Shown here: piece after piece, positions 55,089 through 56,925 of the stretch
Layout: each line of letters opens with the position of its first letter
Position numbering within the stretch: position 1 is the first letter of the stretch
From: a virus
Taxonomy: Duplodnaviria; Caudoviricetes
IMG/VR virus record: IMGVR_UViG_3300013137_000023
Span: 1 to 56,925 of that record
DNA length: 56,925 nt
Strand: one strand, 5' to 3'
Program-made: the position numbers and the translations under genes
Notes under the pieces: model-generated
Seen by the model: the letters and a program-made list of their open reading frames with translations, nothing else
Databases searched by the model: none
What the model was told of the DNA's origin: nothing

Positions 55089-55733
55089 TTACTCAAACAA
55101 TCTCCCCTGTTGCTGGTGGCGCTCAAGCCGTTCCTTTGCGGCCTTAAAGTAGTCGGGGTCAAGTTCATAGGCCCATAAGTCAAACCCCATGTCATGACAG
55201 GCAATCCCGATTGACAGGCTCCCGAAATGGGTGTCAAGTATCTTATCCCCCGTCTTTGCGTAGTTCTTTAGAAGCCATTTATATAGGGCTACTGGTTTCT
55301 GGGTGGGGTGAGTCTTTTCATCACAATGGTTTATGTAAGCATCTGCTCTTGAATATGTAAATATCTTCATTGGTTTATTAAAAGAAGTCCATGCCATTTC
55401 CCCGTCACTTCTGTTATCACGTTGTTTTTTATCCCACACGATCCAGCATTTTGTTGGCTTGTTATTATAATAATTAGCTCCCCATATTATTTGATTGGTT
55501 GAAACCCTAAATAGATCATTGAAATATTCATCGTCTGGTATTTTATGGTCCCATGTGGTTGTTTTATATTTTTTCCATATTCCTCCATTTTGTTTTCTTT
55601 TAGTACCAGCACAGGAGTTTTGTATTGTATCGTAATTTATACCATACGGCGGGTCAACAATGGCAAGATCAAAGAACTTATCAGGAAACTCTTTCATCCC
55701 TTCCATACAATCTTGATTAAATAGCTTAATCAA
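55089..55733 (-). CDS. DNA N6-adenine/N4-cytosine methyltransferase (beta class)
   Basis: DPPY; HPTQKP; ILDTHFGS. Confidence 0.9.
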   Translation of the reverse strand: MIKLFNQDCMEGMKEFPDKFFDLAIVDPPYGINYDTIQNSCAGTKRKQNGGIWKKYKTTTWDHKIPDDEYFNDLFRVSTNQIIWGANYYNNKPTKCWIVWDKKQRDNRSDGEMAWTSFNKPMKIFTYSRADAYINHCDEKTHPTQKPVALYKWLLKNYAKTGDKILDTHFGSLSIGIACHDMGFDLWAYELDPDYFKAAKERLERHQQQGRLFE

Positions 55734-55941
55734 TCTCCGTCCTCCTTGTAAACATCCGCCTTAAAACGTACGAGCGAATGATTGAAATAACAGTAAACCA
55801 TACACCGATCAGAAAATTGTCCCGAATAGGTACATGAAGCCCAAAGTAGGGAAATATTACAATCTGGCTCCCCACTGCGACTAAGTATCCGGCAGCTACA
55901 TTCGTCAGGCTTTCGATAAGGCTAAACTTTTTAGACTGCAT
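55726..55941 (-). CDS. Small membrane phage protein
   Basis: MQSKKFSLIESLTNV...IRSYVLRRMF, two TM. Confidence 0.7.
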   Translation of the reverse strand: MQSKKFSLIESLTNVAAGYLVAVGSQIVIFPYFGLHVPIRDNFLIGVWFTVISIIRSYVLRRMFTRRTEID

Positions 55942-56351
55942 TACAGCCTCAAAAAAACATTAGTTCTGGGGCATTCATCATATTTTTTTTCGGCAGATAT
56001 TTTCCAGACCTGGGAATCGTCATGCCATACCGTGCCATTACAGACATCTTTTAAAAACTTGATTAGATTATCAAGATCTGGCTTTTTGACATGGTCCCGG
56101 TCCCGTTGCTTTTTTGGCATGGATTCGGGGATAGGCATATAAAACGTAACGTCCATCATGACACCGACCCCTTTCTCAATAGGCGGGTCCTTCCACTGCT
56201 GCTTAATTTCCCATAACACCCGGCCCTCCTCGGTTTCCTGGTCGTTATAGGTCGTGACAAACTTTCCCCGGCGAGCGAACCTGGGGCGCTTCTTGGCTAT
56301 CGGATTGCCGGGAATTGTTATGGTCTTTTCCATCACTCCTCCTTTTTGCAA
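55941..56351 (-). CDS. rusA: RusA family Holliday junction resolvase
   Basis: KKRPRF; KPDLDNLIKFLKD; DDSQV. Confidence 0.88.
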   Translation of the reverse strand: MQKGGVMEKTITIPGNPIAKKRPRFARRGKFVTTYNDQETEEGRVLWEIKQQWKDPPIEKGVGVMMDVTFYMPIPESMPKKQRDRDHVKKPDLDNLIKFLKDVCNGTVWHDDSQVWKISAEKKYDECPRTNVFLRL

Positions 56352-56356
56352 TTAAT

Positions 56357-56896
56357 TCAACCTTTTTCCCCAAGTGGGGAATATGGTTGTTTTTTCTCCA
56401 TTCCCCCATTAATTCTTGCCCTCCATAGTTGTTTTTTTAAAGTCCAAATCCGCATCGCCCCCAGCCGTAACAGGGCCAGTCGTTGAGCATCAGACCACTG
56501 ATAGCTATGATTAATTTTTGGATTGCGGACGCATTGCACCGTAGTATCGGACAACTCATTCCCGACCACCAATATCCCCGCATGCCCTGGGATGAGGTCG
56601 GCGCTGCATTGCAGATAGTCTGGGATGGCAAAATACAGCCTGGATATTTTCCCATCTTTCCTGGGGTTGTCCGGGTCATAACTTCTATGGCCGTGACGCT
56701 TTTGGAGATCCTTTTTAAGATCCGCCCTGCTGATCTTTAACTCAACCTCATAGGCATAATTATTTTTAGTCAACACCAAGAGGTCGATTTCATACAGATT
56801 CAGCCCCCACGACACATTGGGAACGGCAAGGTTCACCCGAGGATTGAAATACTGGGCGACGGCGATCTCCATTTCCAGGGTCGTTATTTTAGCCAC
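56357..56896 (-). CDS. PD-(D/E)XK nuclease-like protein (MmcB-like)
   Basis: EIDLL...EVELKISRADLKKD...LYFAIP...AGIL. Confidence 0.7.
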   Translation of the reverse strand: MAKITTLEMEIAVAQYFNPRVNLAVPNVSWGLNLYEIDLLVLTKNNYAYEVELKISRADLKKDLQKRHGHRSYDPDNPRKDGKISRLYFAIPDYLQCSADLIPGHAGILVVGNELSDTTVQCVRNPKINHSYQWSDAQRLALLRLGAMRIWTLKKQLWRARINGGMEKKQPYSPLGEKG

Positions 56897-56925
56897 GGCT
56901 TCTTCTTTCCCACCGCCTTACTTAA
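56601..56925. repeat. Terminal direct repeat, right copy
   Basis: Matches 1-325 with 12 substitutions. Confidence 0.95.

Noticed and set aside
1-56925. tRNA genes
   Set aside because: No cloverleaf with T-loop and acceptor stem seen by eye; tRNAscan-SE would be needed to exclude them.

Overview
The window looks like an essentially complete (~56.6 kb, ends overlapping by 325 nt) genome of a short-tailed dsDNA phage. Almost all genes are on the - strand: recombination (Bet, exonuclease), lysis, fibres and ejection proteins, tail tubes, a glycosylation-type enzyme cluster, capsid, portal, terminase, primase-polymerase/helicase, DNA methylase and RusA. One + strand island of small genes (47.2-51.4 kb) follows a sigma54-type promoter. 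I recognised no integrase, reverse transcriptase, tRNA or CRISPR array. Main observations: (1) An integron-type gene-cassette array with no integron integrase (8 complete attC sites plus a half site, 2.55-5.40 kb). Each cassette's ends are self-complementary, as in real mobile cassettes, and most genes are inverted so they run with phage transcription. (2) One cassette holds a ~300-nt structured RNA closed by a perfect 26-bp inverted repeat, with retron msr-msd-like architecture but no RT. (3) The major capsid gene is split by a 1014-nt group I intron carrying an antisense HNH endonuclease gene with its own promoter. (4) Four consecutive virion-like genes have signal peptides. (5) A 1881-aa polyvalent protein has ART-like, ParB-like and PLxRFG domains. 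(6) There are several riboregulator-like leaders and hairpins with anti-Shine-Dalgarno loops. Protein calls rest on motifs recognised by eye; no searches were run.
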